A stretch of 64,000 nt of DNA from Glycera tridactyla (Eukaryota). The stretch covers positions 14,136,001 through 14,200,000 of the forward strand of contig OZ286468.1 of assembly GCA_965644265.1 (NCBI GenBank), written 5' to 3'. How positions within the stretch are numbered: the first letter of the stretch is position 1; the number at the start of each line of letters is the position of its first letter. Below the pieces are notes generated by a model. The model saw nothing but the letters and a program-made list of their open reading frames with translations, was not told where the DNA came from and searched no databases. The translations under genes were made by a program, and so were the position numbers. Of the stretch, positions 13,252-25,200 are shown in pieces.

Positions 13252-13608
13252 ATGGCGACGTCGACGTCGACCCAAACGGCGTCTTCGACCGCAACGTCGT
13301 CGACGACGAGTGAATGGCCGTACCAAAAACAGTTCCAAGAAACTGTGAACGCTGGTGACCCAGGGGAGTTACGACGACTGCTAGAGGAAAGACAGGGCAA
13401 AGTGAACGTGAATCTTCACGATTGCGAAGGACAAACAGCACTACATCATGGCTGTCTTAATGGTAACTTGGAACTGGTTAAATTACTGGTCGGATTTGGT
13501 GCCGATATTCGACTGGCAAATCGAGATGGATGGTCAGCCCTACACGTAGCTGCTTACGGAGGACATAATGATATAGTTGTCTACCTCATTAATGCTTTCA
13601 AAAGATAA
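13252..13608 (+). CDS. NRARP: Notch-regulated ankyrin repeat protein (118 aa, intronless)
   Basis: GQTALHHGCLNGNLELVKLLVGFGADIRLANRDGWSALHVAAYGGHNDIVVYLI closely matches vertebrate NRARP (GQTALHQSVIDGNLELVKLLVKFGADIRLANRDGWSALHIAAFGGHQDIVLYLI). The ATG at 13252 (agaATGg) gives the expected length. Confidence 0.95.
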   Translation: MATSTSTQTASSTATSSTTSEWPYQKQFQETVNAGDPGELRRLLEERQGKVNVNLHDCEGQTALHHGCLNGNLELVKLLVGFGADIRLANRDGWSALHVAAYGGHNDIVVYLINAFKR

Positions 13609-14214
13609 TAGTTGACGGACCGTATTCTCAACTCGTCCTACAGTGATGATAATGTCTGATATATCAGGCATTTGTATATAAATACCTTGTATATTATTAT
13701 GGATAGTGTATTATATGAACAACATTGATATAAGCGTCGGAATATATACCGATATGGGTGATCAGATGTGTCTATCAGAATATAGGATATACCTCATTAA
13801 GAACATAATCGAAGACTTCTGTATGAGAATATTTATTATCAAGTGGAAGTAGATATATTTCTGTAAATGTCGCCGAATGCTGAATTGTACAACCAATCTC
13901 GCAATGGATTGTGATACGAATGAACTTTTGGAGCATTAGCCTTTCTATTCAACATTGCCAAGTAAGTAAACGTATTGTTAATTGATTGATGCATGTAGGA
14001 TGGGGTGTTAGCGTTTTGATCCGGACACAGGGAGCGGTATCCTTGTCAAACAAGCTTTCATCTCAGCCACTGTTTCCCCACGAGATATCCCTGGCTAAAC
14101 TTCGATATCACTCTTTATCGAAAGGGAACGCATTGCTATCAGGCTTGTTGTCAGCTTAGCCAGTCATATTGTTAGATATGACATCTGTGGGTTTGATATG
14201 TTCATGTTGAGTAA

Positions 14215-14345
14215 GAAGACGTGTCTGAACTGTCAGCTACTTCCACATGTTCCCCGTCATCTTGTGTTCAAGGTTTGTGTAAGTGATACCTGCAGGGGAG
14301 AGAACATCAAACTTTCATTGACCAGGATCACATGGCAGCATGGCA
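14215..14345. repeat. Dispersed repeat family (core GTGTCTGAACTGTCA..TACTTCCAC..CATCTTGTGTTCA..CCTGCAGGG)
   Basis: Homologous copies at about 44415-44550 (same strand), about 43855-44000 (inverted) and fragments near 3975, 10950, 11620, 42900 and 51580. Confidence 0.65.
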
Positions 14346-15782
14346 TACACTGGGCTGTCACATGCCGTTAAACCACAAACAAACAGCGACTATTTCCCTT
14401 GAGATATCCCTGGCTGACCTTTGATATTACTTCATCGGAAATCCCCAAGGATGCGGGACAAAGCAAAAAATACATAGGCTGAAATTTCATTATTTCGGCC
14501 CAAGAATTCCAACTATATTTTGGTCAAAGTACCTGATGATAAATGTTGTGTGCATTCTGCTTCTGCCATCAAAAATACGTTTGCAAAGGACGGAGTGTGA
14601 ATCCAAGTCTGAGGTAACTCTCTCCTGGTGTATGAAATTGACGATAGTTGTCTGAGGTTAGATGGCGCAGGTCTCTTCAGCCCAGACAGGATTGTTCAAG
14701 ACCCCATCGTATCGATCCATGCCATGGACCATGGGATTGTGTATGCCGTTTAAAATGAAAACTGAATTTGATGTTCATGTCATTTCACCTCCCGTTGTGA
14801 ATTCGTCGGTAGGTTGGTTGGTTGGTGGGAGTCTCATGGCATGTATTAATCCAAAATATTATGTATGCCATGTGCTCCTGATCCATAAGATATGAATGTT
14901 CTGTCCCTTATAGCAGTACCATAGAACACCCTGCGCACAATATGATGGGGAACCAAGAAGGCTGTCAAGTGAGAGTATTTGACCGTTCAGACACATCTCT
15001 ACTGGCCCACACGGCGGAATCTTGAATGATCCCACGCTTGCACATTGCACGGGCGTCCCGATATAGCCCAGCTGGTGTTCATGAGACCAAGTAGTCAAGA
15101 ACCAACCAGATGTGTTCGAGCTGCTTGTTTTGTCCCCTCGAAGCATCTCACCACAGAACCTGATCACTGCAAAGTGTGGCTCCAGTGAGCCACCAGCCTT
15201 ATTGGTTGTCACGGTGATTTCTATACCTAAAGTGTTTATCAACATTTGAAGTAGACCTGAAGATAGGTTGCATATTTTACCATGCAAATGAGCTACAGAT
15301 TTACCATGTCTACCTGATCAGGAATGTCTGGGTCATTGAAATAATCATAATTGTACCCAAGTTTATTCAAAATCTGCAGGATACTGCAGGATCCATTCGG
15401 TAATGTGTATAGGGGGCAACGCAATGTATACATAAAGTTGTCATGGACCTGAATCGCACGACCTGGTGCCAAAGACTGGGTCCTTTCTAATAATATGGCT
15501 TTAGACATTTTACCTCACACCATGGTATCAACGAACGCCTACACTTCCACTTGACAACCTTTCTGTTTACTCATCATATATTTAGGGTCTCAATCATTGT
15601 ATTGGACCATTATAACGACTTATAACACATGGAGTATGTAACCCCTAGGGTGAATACATGCTGTTAAATTCCAAGGAACTAATCAAGTAACCAATCAATC
15701 AACAAACCATTTGTCCAGATATTGGTTGAGCGCATCTGTGAGGAAATATCCCGACGACTTGAGCTCCTCCCTGGACCGTCCT

Positions 15783-15785
<3 letters not shown>

Positions 15786-15848
<63 letters not shown>
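15786..15848. repeat. (GT)n microsatellite
   Basis: Direct reading. Confidence 0.95.
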
Positions 15849-15849
<1 letters not shown>

Positions 15850-17432
15850 TTCACCCTGGGGTTGTTGACTTGCCTTCCCTGTTTATTCGGGTGCCTCAAC
15901 CCTAATGGGAGGCTTGGCCTTCTTCATGTTAGCTACTTTTCCTTTCCTTTTTCCTTCCCTCTTCCTATCCTTGTCTTTTTCCCTTTCCTTCGTTGCTTCT
16001 TCCCATAGTCTGTGGATTTCTTTTAGGTATCTTCTGTTCGCTTGCGACTTATCCGACAGTATCATCTTGATGTTCCTCTGGGTACCTTTGATCCCTCATG
16101 TCCTGCACCTCAAGGCTGTCCAGGCTCTTAACAAATGTGGCAAGACGTTCGTAGGCCACCGGTCTATGCTGAATGTCCCCAGTCTTCATTAACGTTCTTT
16201 GTCTTTAATAGATAGTGATGCTCGATGATTGATTGAAATGCATTGGATAAACGCTCATCGTCCATAGCCATCAACAAATTATGAAAGGGAGAACCATGTA
16301 ACAGAAAATGACCTTTCTTTCGCCACTTCAGGAACTGAGATGCCATAGATAGATATGGAAACAGGCTGTTTGTTGGACTTGTATACTGCAATTAATTGGT
16401 TACTGCAATCATCGGTTACTTAAGACAATCGCATTTATCGATTGAGAGAATGCCTCCGATTCACATCACATCCAAGAGATCAGGGATACGATTGTTTCAC
16501 GGATTCAAAGACTTCCATCATTCTGTATAGGTTAGGGAAGAGCAGTTCATGCTGAACGTTTTGGAATTTAGATCATGAAAATCGGACCATAATTAGTCAT
16601 GATATAGCAAAGAGTTTATCTGTTATTATAGTTACCAGTTGTTGGTGTTTCTTGGTCTACAAAATCGTGATGAAGTGCCTCCGGTCGAGTTTTCATTTTC
16701 TTCCAGGCCATCTCAATGTCGCTTGATGAGATCACCTGAACATGGGCACAGCAAAAACTGGTGAAAAACCACGGTGAAACTATGCTGATGTCTCCTAAAA
16801 GGCAGGTTTTTTCGGTTCTAGGAAATCCGTGGAGCTCCCATCAACTAATACCAAACCTATTCAGCTTGGATCACAGTTTGGTCACATGAGTTGCGAGGTT
16901 TTCAAGTAATCTTTTCAGAATCTTCTAACCTCTATTGGAGCAACGCACTCANNNNNNNNNNNNNNNNNNNNNNNNNNNNNNNNNNNNNNNNNNNNNNNNN
17001 NNNNNNNNNNNNNNNNNNNNNNNNNNNNNNNNNNNNNNNNNNNNNNNNNNNNNNNNNNNNNNNNNNNNNNNNNNNNNNNAACATACTGACGACTCACATA
17101 CACCCAATGCCTGTACAAACATAGAAAATAGATAAATGAACACATGAATGGATGAATAATTGAACCCTCGCACACGCAATCACAAACATGCACACTGACC
17201 TGGTGGTGGCCATGGACATCATTCCCATGTTCACAGGGTAACACAGTGGTCATGATCCCTGATGTCAGAGATGACACATTGAGTGTCTTTGAATTCCTTA
17301 GATTTTCCCCGTCCATTGAGGCACCAGACAGAGAAGTCTTGAATGATCCCTACGATATGATACCCATTACATGGGCGTCTCAATATTGCCCGCGAGACGG
17401 AAAACAACTAACCAACTAACTACCCTCAACAC

Positions 17433-17483
<51 letters not shown>

Positions 17484-17686
17484 ATTGCCAGAAACGCAGG
17501 GTGTGGAAACATAAAGAATATTCACCCGTACTGTGACCAGATGTATACCGAATCTACCTGCCCCCCCCCCCAAAAAAAAAAAATCAGCCTGTCCACATTT
17601 CATGCATAAGGCATCTATCATCATCTTCCACCTGTACATCAGGCAGGTAAAATTAAAATCTACCTGCTCACCTTGGGAATCTACCA

Positions 17687-17902
17687 AACCCAGTGCATGC
17701 CGACTGGGATATCAAAGGCCGGCCGTATTGATAGGAGTCTCTTCCTGTACACACGTAAAAGAACCACCGCTGTCTTTTGCAAAGTGTAGGGACGGCCCCC
17801 GGCACGCAGTGACTCTTTTTTCAGCATTTTCAGGTTTTTTTCAGTCCAATATAACCCAAGCGGGTTTAAGTGACGTTAAACTCAAACAAACAAACAAACA
17901 AA
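17687..17902 (+). mobile_element. SINE-like element, same family as 11344-11545
   Basis: Starts AACCCAGTGCATGCCGACTGGG, ends in (CAAA)n; no TSD seen for this copy. Confidence 0.7.
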
Positions 17903-18419
17903 CTGCCCTGGACAGGTGGGAGACCAGCTCTTCTCGGCCTGTAGTGACGGTAAATAATATATTGACGTTGTTTACATGAAGCCACAGCTAAAGCCCATAA
18001 ATTGTGAGGTGTGAGATCAATAGTAACTGGTGCGAAATACAAAGCTAGAAAGGGGAGATTTATACAAAAGAAGGGGAAGCTGATGGGAGGAAGATGGAGA
18101 GCTGCTTACAATGTGATTGCTCGTCTTGGGAGGGAAGGGGGGGGGGCTGCTCGTCAGCCACAACATAAGTCAACACACGCGGGCAAGTGAAAACACAGGT
18201 GTAAAAGCCAGCGCCGGCCAGCACCGCTTTAAAAACCACAAAACTCAGCCAGGCTGAAAGACACACGAGCACTGAAAGCACTGTACATCCGCCAAATACA
18301 CCAGCGAACTCGATTCATAATGTTGAAGTTTGCCTTGGAAGTCGAATTCTAGTTTGATGATACCGACGGTAGTGGCAGCGTCGGCGACGGCGACATCGAC
18401 GGTGGTGGTGGTGCTGCTG

Positions 18420-18426
18420 CTGATGG

Positions 18427-18483
<57 letters not shown>
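18420..18483. repeat. (GAT)n microsatellite
   Basis: Direct reading. Confidence 0.95.
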
Positions 18484-18484
<1 letters not shown>

Positions 18485-18485
<1 letters not shown>

Positions 18486-19540
18486 CTTACCCAACTATTG
18501 ATTAACACTCATCTACTCGGGTAATAAAGAAAGCACTCCTAGATGTTGTGTGTGGTTCCTGCAGTTTATCTATCTTACACAACAATTGATTGACACTCAT
18601 CTACTCAAATTATAAAGAAAGCACTCCTAGATGTGTATAATTTCTGCAGTAAACTATTGATTAACATTTATCTACTGAAGTTGTAAAGAAAATACTCTTA
18701 GATGTCATGTAATTTTTTCAAGCAGCATATCTATCTTACCGTAAGATAGATATACCACAGGAATTATACTCATCTAGGAGTGATTTCTTTACAACATGAG
18801 TAGATGAGTGTTAATGAATAGTTGGGTACGATCGATATACTACAGGAAGTATAGACGACAGCTAGGAGTGTCTTCTTTACAACTTGAGTAGATAAATGTT
18901 AATCAATTGTTGGGTAAGATAGATAGATATACTGCTGGAATCAGGCATAACATCTAGGAGTGCTTTCTTTACAACTCTAGTAGATAAGGATTAATCAATA
19001 GTCGGGTAAGATAGATAGATATACTGCTGGAATCAGGCATAACATCCAGGAGTGCTTTCTTTACAACTCTAGTAGATAAGGGTTAATCAATAGTCGGGTA
19101 AGATAGATAGATATACTGCTGGAATCATACACAACATCTAGGAGTGCTTTCTTAACAACTTGAGCAGATGAGTGTTAATCAATAGTTGGGTAAGATAAAT
19201 AGATATACTTCTGGAATCACACACAACATCCAGGAGTGTTTTCTTAACAACTTGAGCAGATGATGTTAATCATTTGTTGGGTAAGATAGATAGATATACT
19301 GCTGGAATCATCAACCACATCTAGGAGTGTTTTCTTTATAACTTGGGTAGATGAGTGTTAATCAATACGAGGAGTGTTTTCTTAACAACTTGAGTGGATG
19401 AGTGTTAATCAATAGTTGGGTAAGATAGATGGATATACTGCTGGAATCATACACAATATCTAGGAGTGATTTCTTAACAACTTGAGCAGATGAGTGTTAA
19501 TCAATAGTTGGGTAAGATAGATAGATATACTGCTGGAATT
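18485..19540. repeat. About 92-bp tandem array with an internal orientation switch at 18740
   Basis: Unit recurs with a 92-bp period (GTCGGGTAAG at 19001 and 19093); about 3 units forward, then about 8 inverted. Confidence 0.85.
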
Positions 19541-21299
19541 TTCTGGTGGGCCGGATGCTTTCCCGGGCGTGGTGAGCGAGAGATAACACCCAGTGCCGGG
19601 TCCAGTGCTCTTTCAAATGTAAACACGGCAACATCAACAGTCTATCCTAGAGAAACAACACTACAGTCTGCTCATTGTAAGGAGGCCACAGTATCCATTC
19701 CGTAGGCGAATGGGCATGAACTTGAGTGTCGCCAGTATTCGCTCTGACTCATGCCCGAGTGGGGACATTCGTCCCATCTATTTTCAAAAGCAGGGACAAC
19801 AATCTCAGCACCAGTGTCATAGAATTCGATCTAGATGGAGATCGATTTTGTGCTGAAACAAAGATCATACCTGAAGTACAAGGTTGATTGAATAAGGGGT
19901 AATGTCATGAGTACTAAATCAAATGGACAGAGCTCTCTTACTGAGGTAAAAACGAAAACGCTACTGGCCTGGTTGGTTGTCGGAGTGCAGCACTCCTGGC
20001 GCACCAGTAGGTACAAAAAGGGCCACATATCCTAATTTTGTGACATTTGACGCAGCCTAGAACAAACACCATCAGCCTTCACCTAGTTAGTAGTCACATT
20101 GTTACATAGTTGGATCTGCCATCCACAGGTACATAAAATCATTGCATGTAGGTCGATGTGTGTCTGAACCGGCAGCCACTTTCTTTCGACAATCTGTCTT
20201 GAGTAAAAGCATCTTGCATTTTGGGTTTGTGAGAGTGGTCGCTACTCGGGACAGCGCATTCAGTTTTACACATATCAGTAAAACGTACACGATCGTTTGA
20301 ATTGATACATGCCTCTGTGGCTCGGCACCATTTCATATTCAGTGGCTCTGGGGGTAGTGTGATACCAGTCGGGGACAATGCAGCGGGTCTGTATAGGTTT
20401 AGAACACCCGATGGACTCACCCTAATAATTTAGATAACAGTAATAATATATTGCCACGCCATTCCTACAGATATGTTTATGTTATAATAGATGGGTAGAG
20501 GCGTGTCTGACCTTCCAGCCACCTCTACTTGACATCCCTTCTGGTCTCTTTCATCCTACGTTCAGGGTTTGTGATAGCTGTAGCTGCAGGGACAGAGAAA
20601 GCCAGCATTCACAAATCAGGAAGATACACCATACATGATTCTTTGAGTTGGCCCATGACGTTCATCCCCAACCATCCAACCAACCAAACAACCAGCCAGT
20701 AAGCCAGCCAGCAAATCAACCAGCCAGCCAGCCAGCAAACCAACCAACCAGCCACTAAACCAACCAACCAACCAACCAACCAACCCTCCTACCATAGATG
20801 GAGGAGACGCTCATACTTTGCCCAACCCAGCGACCATTTCATTGAGTTGTATGAAAACCATAGTAGCACTCCAATAATTAGTGAAATGTAAACGAATTAC
20901 GGTGCGTTCCAGCAACACTGATCTTGACACGATGGAATGTGAATCACAAATCTCCTGTCACCGTGGACTACTGTAGCTATACATATACACGCTTGCTTAT
21001 CAACCCTTTCAAGGTGAGAGGTAGATATTTACTGTGTATATAAGGCATTCCCCATTTGACTGGTTTATCGAGTCCTTTAAGTCGGTGGCTATTCGGACCC
21101 ATCTTATTTCAACTTTCTTTATTTGTTCGAGTTCAAAGTCCTTCTAACCTCTTTGGGTCATACCGGACTGAAAAAGTGGCTGAAGGGAGGCACTGCTGCC
21201 GGGGTCGATCCCCTACTTTCTGCGAAGGATAACAGTGGATCTTTTACGTGTGTACAGGAATAGACTCCCATACACACGTAAACTATAGGTTGTTTATTA

Positions 21300-21544
21300 A
21301 GTAGTATTATATGGGTGCCTATGGCCGCCTCAAGTTCTGTGCAGATAAATAATAATAATGTGACAGCTGGATAATAAAAAATGATTAAAAACCCTATATT
21401 TGAACGGATCTGGGGCGGCCATAGGTCCCCATATCAATAACTTGTCATCATATTTCTCTTGGAATTGACATTTATCATCTATTAAATCAACTGAAGAAAC
21501 CATTTATTTCTATTTTCACTCCAAGTTCTGTGCAGATAAATCAT
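21300..21544 (+). repeat. Left terminal inverted repeat of the Maverick
   Basis: Reverse complement of 42194-42438 with roughly 8-9 differences; outer about 70 bp identical. Confidence 0.95.
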
Positions 21545-22017
21545 CATAATGTGACAGCGCTTGATGGAACTCAGCATTCACAGGTGAGCACACTCATATC
21601 AGCATCTTGTCATCATATATCTTCACTATCTCACCTACTAACTCAGCTATTACTCTCTGCAGATTTAGTATATGCAGATGTAGTATATATTTGACCATGA
21701 TTCTCCTGCTGCTAATCTTTCCTTCTCTTCTTCTGACCTATATCTCTGACCTATATCTCCTAGCATATGCCAGATAAATATGAGTATCATAGCTTGCTTC
21801 ACCTCAAACCAATACTGACATTTCTCATCATGAGACTGGTATCCACATGGGATTGACGTTAAATTCCGTTTGGTTGGATGGATAGAGATTTTTCTATTAT
21901 GGAGACGATTTACATCAGTGTGAGCTCGAGATATTGATATTGAAAAAAGTTGACTTTCTACTATCATTTTGTGGATGTACTATCATTCTAGGAACATTTT
22001 GTGGATGGAACTTTTTC

Positions 22018-22284
22018 ATGGATCGATTTCTCGCACCGCCTTTACCCTACTCTATTGCTGAACTTCGCCAACAGAAACAATTCTTCATTCGCATATCTGA
22101 CGATCTCTATCTGAAAGTGAGGAATAAAAAACAATCTTGCCTAATTCTGTTCTATTACCAGAACAAAAAATCTTTCTCAATACCCTATTCATTATTTCTG
22201 GAAGTTTTGAACTCATACGAAACAGTCAAACTAGCAGCTGATCTTATCCAAGGTACATTATTTACTGATCAAGATGGATCTTGA
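22018..22284 (+). CDS. Maverick small hypothetical protein (88 aa), possibly PC4-like beta-sheet/helix fold
   Basis: First ATG of ORF 21934-22284; overlaps the pPolB start by 11 nt. Fold guess from hydrophobic pattern only. Confidence 0.55.
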   Translation: MDRFLAPPLPYSIAELRQQKQFFIRISDDLYLKVRNKKQSCLILFYYQNKKSFSIPYSLFLEVLNSYETVKLAADLIQGTLFTDQDGS

Positions 22285-25200
22285 TTCTGTCTTCATTCAG
22301 CTTCTCAACAGTTTCCATTCAGCTACAGAGTTAGAGGAATGGGCTAGGACAAACAATCTACTGAATGATCCACAGGTTCAGGCAAGACTTAGACGATTTC
22401 GCCAAGCTGATGAAGATGATATTGACACTCTATATACTGCTATCAACTCTAATCACATGACCACTCAACCCATTCAGCAACAACCAAGGAGTACGAATTT
22501 GAATACCTATCCTTCTACCTCACATCAGAGTACTCAGTCCATATCTCATCCTGATTGGCACCAGCCAGGGAATACAAATCTGGATAACTATTGTTTTACC
22601 TCACATCACAGTAATCATCCAACTCGGTCAACTTCACATCAGGAATATACTTGCAAACAATGTAAAAAACATTTTGCCAGCAAATTCTCCTTGTGCAGAC
22701 ATGAAAAAAAATGTAAAGCAGAGAGTTTTGTCTGCCCCTTGTGCGGGAAGCAATACTCACAAGCGCCATCATTCAACAGACATAAACAGCTTTGTAAAGG
22801 ATACCCATGTTCTCTCTGCAATTCATCCTTCTCTTCATCTTCAGAACTAGACTCACACAGAAAACATTCACATCCGCATGTTTCGCAAAATTGTCCTTAT
22901 AGTTGTAGAGATTGTGGATCAGGACATAATAATCTCAGATCTTTATATCTACACAGATCAGTACAACATGGTGGTGCAGATAACCTTCAAGCTGAACCAT
23001 GGGATGAAGGTCCATGGATTGAAAATGGCCAGGTTATTGATCGAGATTTGAAGGAAGTGTACACTAGGAACCGCGAGCATATTTTGCGATCTCATAGAGA
23101 CACTGCTCACACTACTGTCTATAATTTTCCAACAAATAATTTGCAAGGAGGTATAGATTGGTTTATGGAACAACTTCAGTTCATTTTTCAGCAGCAACAT
23201 AATGCATTCAGAGTTAACATCTCTTTCGGAATGATATTGCGAAATTTAACTGCTGAAGACGGTCAGAATAGGTATAGATATTTCATACCATTCAAGAATA
23301 ATAACCTATTCACTCATCCAGTATACATTTCACGACGCAGAGATTTACGTAATATTCGTAACAGATTAGAAGCGTTGGATATAAATAACTATGTCAATGA
23401 AGAGAGACAAGACTCAAAATGGCGTCTATTCATGATTGTTAATGTGAATTTCGTCACTTATCGAACATACTACCCATTGGGTCAAGGTATCTTACCAAAT
23501 TTTATTCGAGAGCGAAAATGTATAGTGACTCTTGACAAGAGTCGGGCAGGAATTCCTTATAAAGATAATTTGTGCATCTTCCGTTGTCTCGCTACACATA
23601 AGAAAGCTAAAGCCATGTCTGCAACAGTGAATAACTATTATTCAAAGTGGAGAGCATACATTGCTTCTACCACTGGCAAAACTATTCCACTACATTCCAA
23701 GGATTATGAAGGTATCACATTCGACCTTTTGCCAGATTTTGAAAATTGTTTCAAAATCAATCTGCATGTGTATGAATTATTAGAAAATGGGTGCGTTGTC
23801 AATAGATTCCTTTCGTTGTCTGATTACCAAGATGAAATATATCTGAATTTCTATGATCATCATTTGTCATATATAAAGAATTTTGACACATATGCTCAAA
23901 AATTTCAATGTCCGATGTGCGAGAGACATTTTCTCAGAGCGTGGAATCTCAAACGACATTTGAGAGTCTGTTCCAATGTCACCAAACTTGTTTTTCCAGG
24001 AGGTTTGTATTCAAACTTCAAAACAATATTTGATGAATTGGAAGAGTATGATATCATTGTAGATTCCAGTAGAAGATTTTATGACTGGTTCATAGTGTAT
24101 GACTTGGAAGCCATTCTCATGAAGAGTGATGCAGTTGGAACAGAGAAATTGAAATGGAATAACGAACATAAACCGATTTCTATCAGCATAGCAGCAAACA
24201 CTGATGATCATAGAAAAGCGGTTTGCATTGTTGATCCTGACTTGGAATCACTGCTAGAAAAAGCAGTGGACTATTTCACTTCAGTTGCTGCACACATACA
24301 AGCACTAGCACACGAGAAATGGTCTGACATTTTTGAAATATTAGATGCTAATATTGATAAATGGAAATCTTCAAAAAAGACCAAAAAACACAAGCGTAAT
24401 CATTCAGGTTTTGTGCTTGAGTGTGCAGCTGTTGATGATGAATCTGATGATTATGATTCTGACATCTCAGACGACTTAGACGAAGACATTGACGATAATA
24501 ATGACCATAGTTGGAAAAACCAAAAGCGAGATGAAATCAGTAGCTCAAAGAAAATGTACAATAATTTGAGAAAACTCAGACAGAAATTTGAGTTATATTG
24601 CAACCAAGTTCCGGTGCTAGGGTTCAATTCTGCACGATATGACTTGAATTTGATCAAAGGTGCCTTTATTAGACATTTGAATTATTTACATTCGCAGAAC
24701 AAATTTGTAGTAAAAAAAAATGCGGCATATGCTTGCATTGCTACTGACAATTTTCGCTTTCTTGACATCTCCCACTACCTTGCACCATGTTGTAGTTATG
24801 CTCAATTTCTTAGAGCATTTGAGGTACAAGAGAACAAATCTTTCTTCCCATATGAATGGTTTGACCATCCAGACAAATTGAACTATAACTCTCTACCTCC
24901 ATATGACTCCTTTTTCTCATCATTGAAAGGTCTGAATGTTCTTGACTCTGATTTTTTTCACTGGGATGGGACAGGACAAAGACCTATGTCTGGTCAAGAA
25001 AATTATGAAGCCCTACTCCAAATATGGCAGGAAAAAAATATGCAGTCCATGCAAGATTTTCTCATATATTATAACAATTTGGATGTTGAACCCTTTGTTT
25101 CTGCTGTCGAAAACATGCAAGCTTTCTATCGAGAGAAATATATAGACCTATTCAAGACAGCAATCTCAGTGCCAGGAATTGCAAGACAATTACTATTCCA

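Noticed and set aside
15883-16391. Minus-strand protein-like ORFs
   Set aside because: Fragmented by stops and with no recognisable domain.
18485-19540. 92-bp array as CRISPR
   Set aside because: Whole units repeat with no unique spacers, and there are no cas genes.
21200-21299. Targeted insertion of the Maverick into a SINE-like repeat
   Set aside because: Related repeats lie on both flanks but do not form one continuous interrupted copy, and the family is common in this window.
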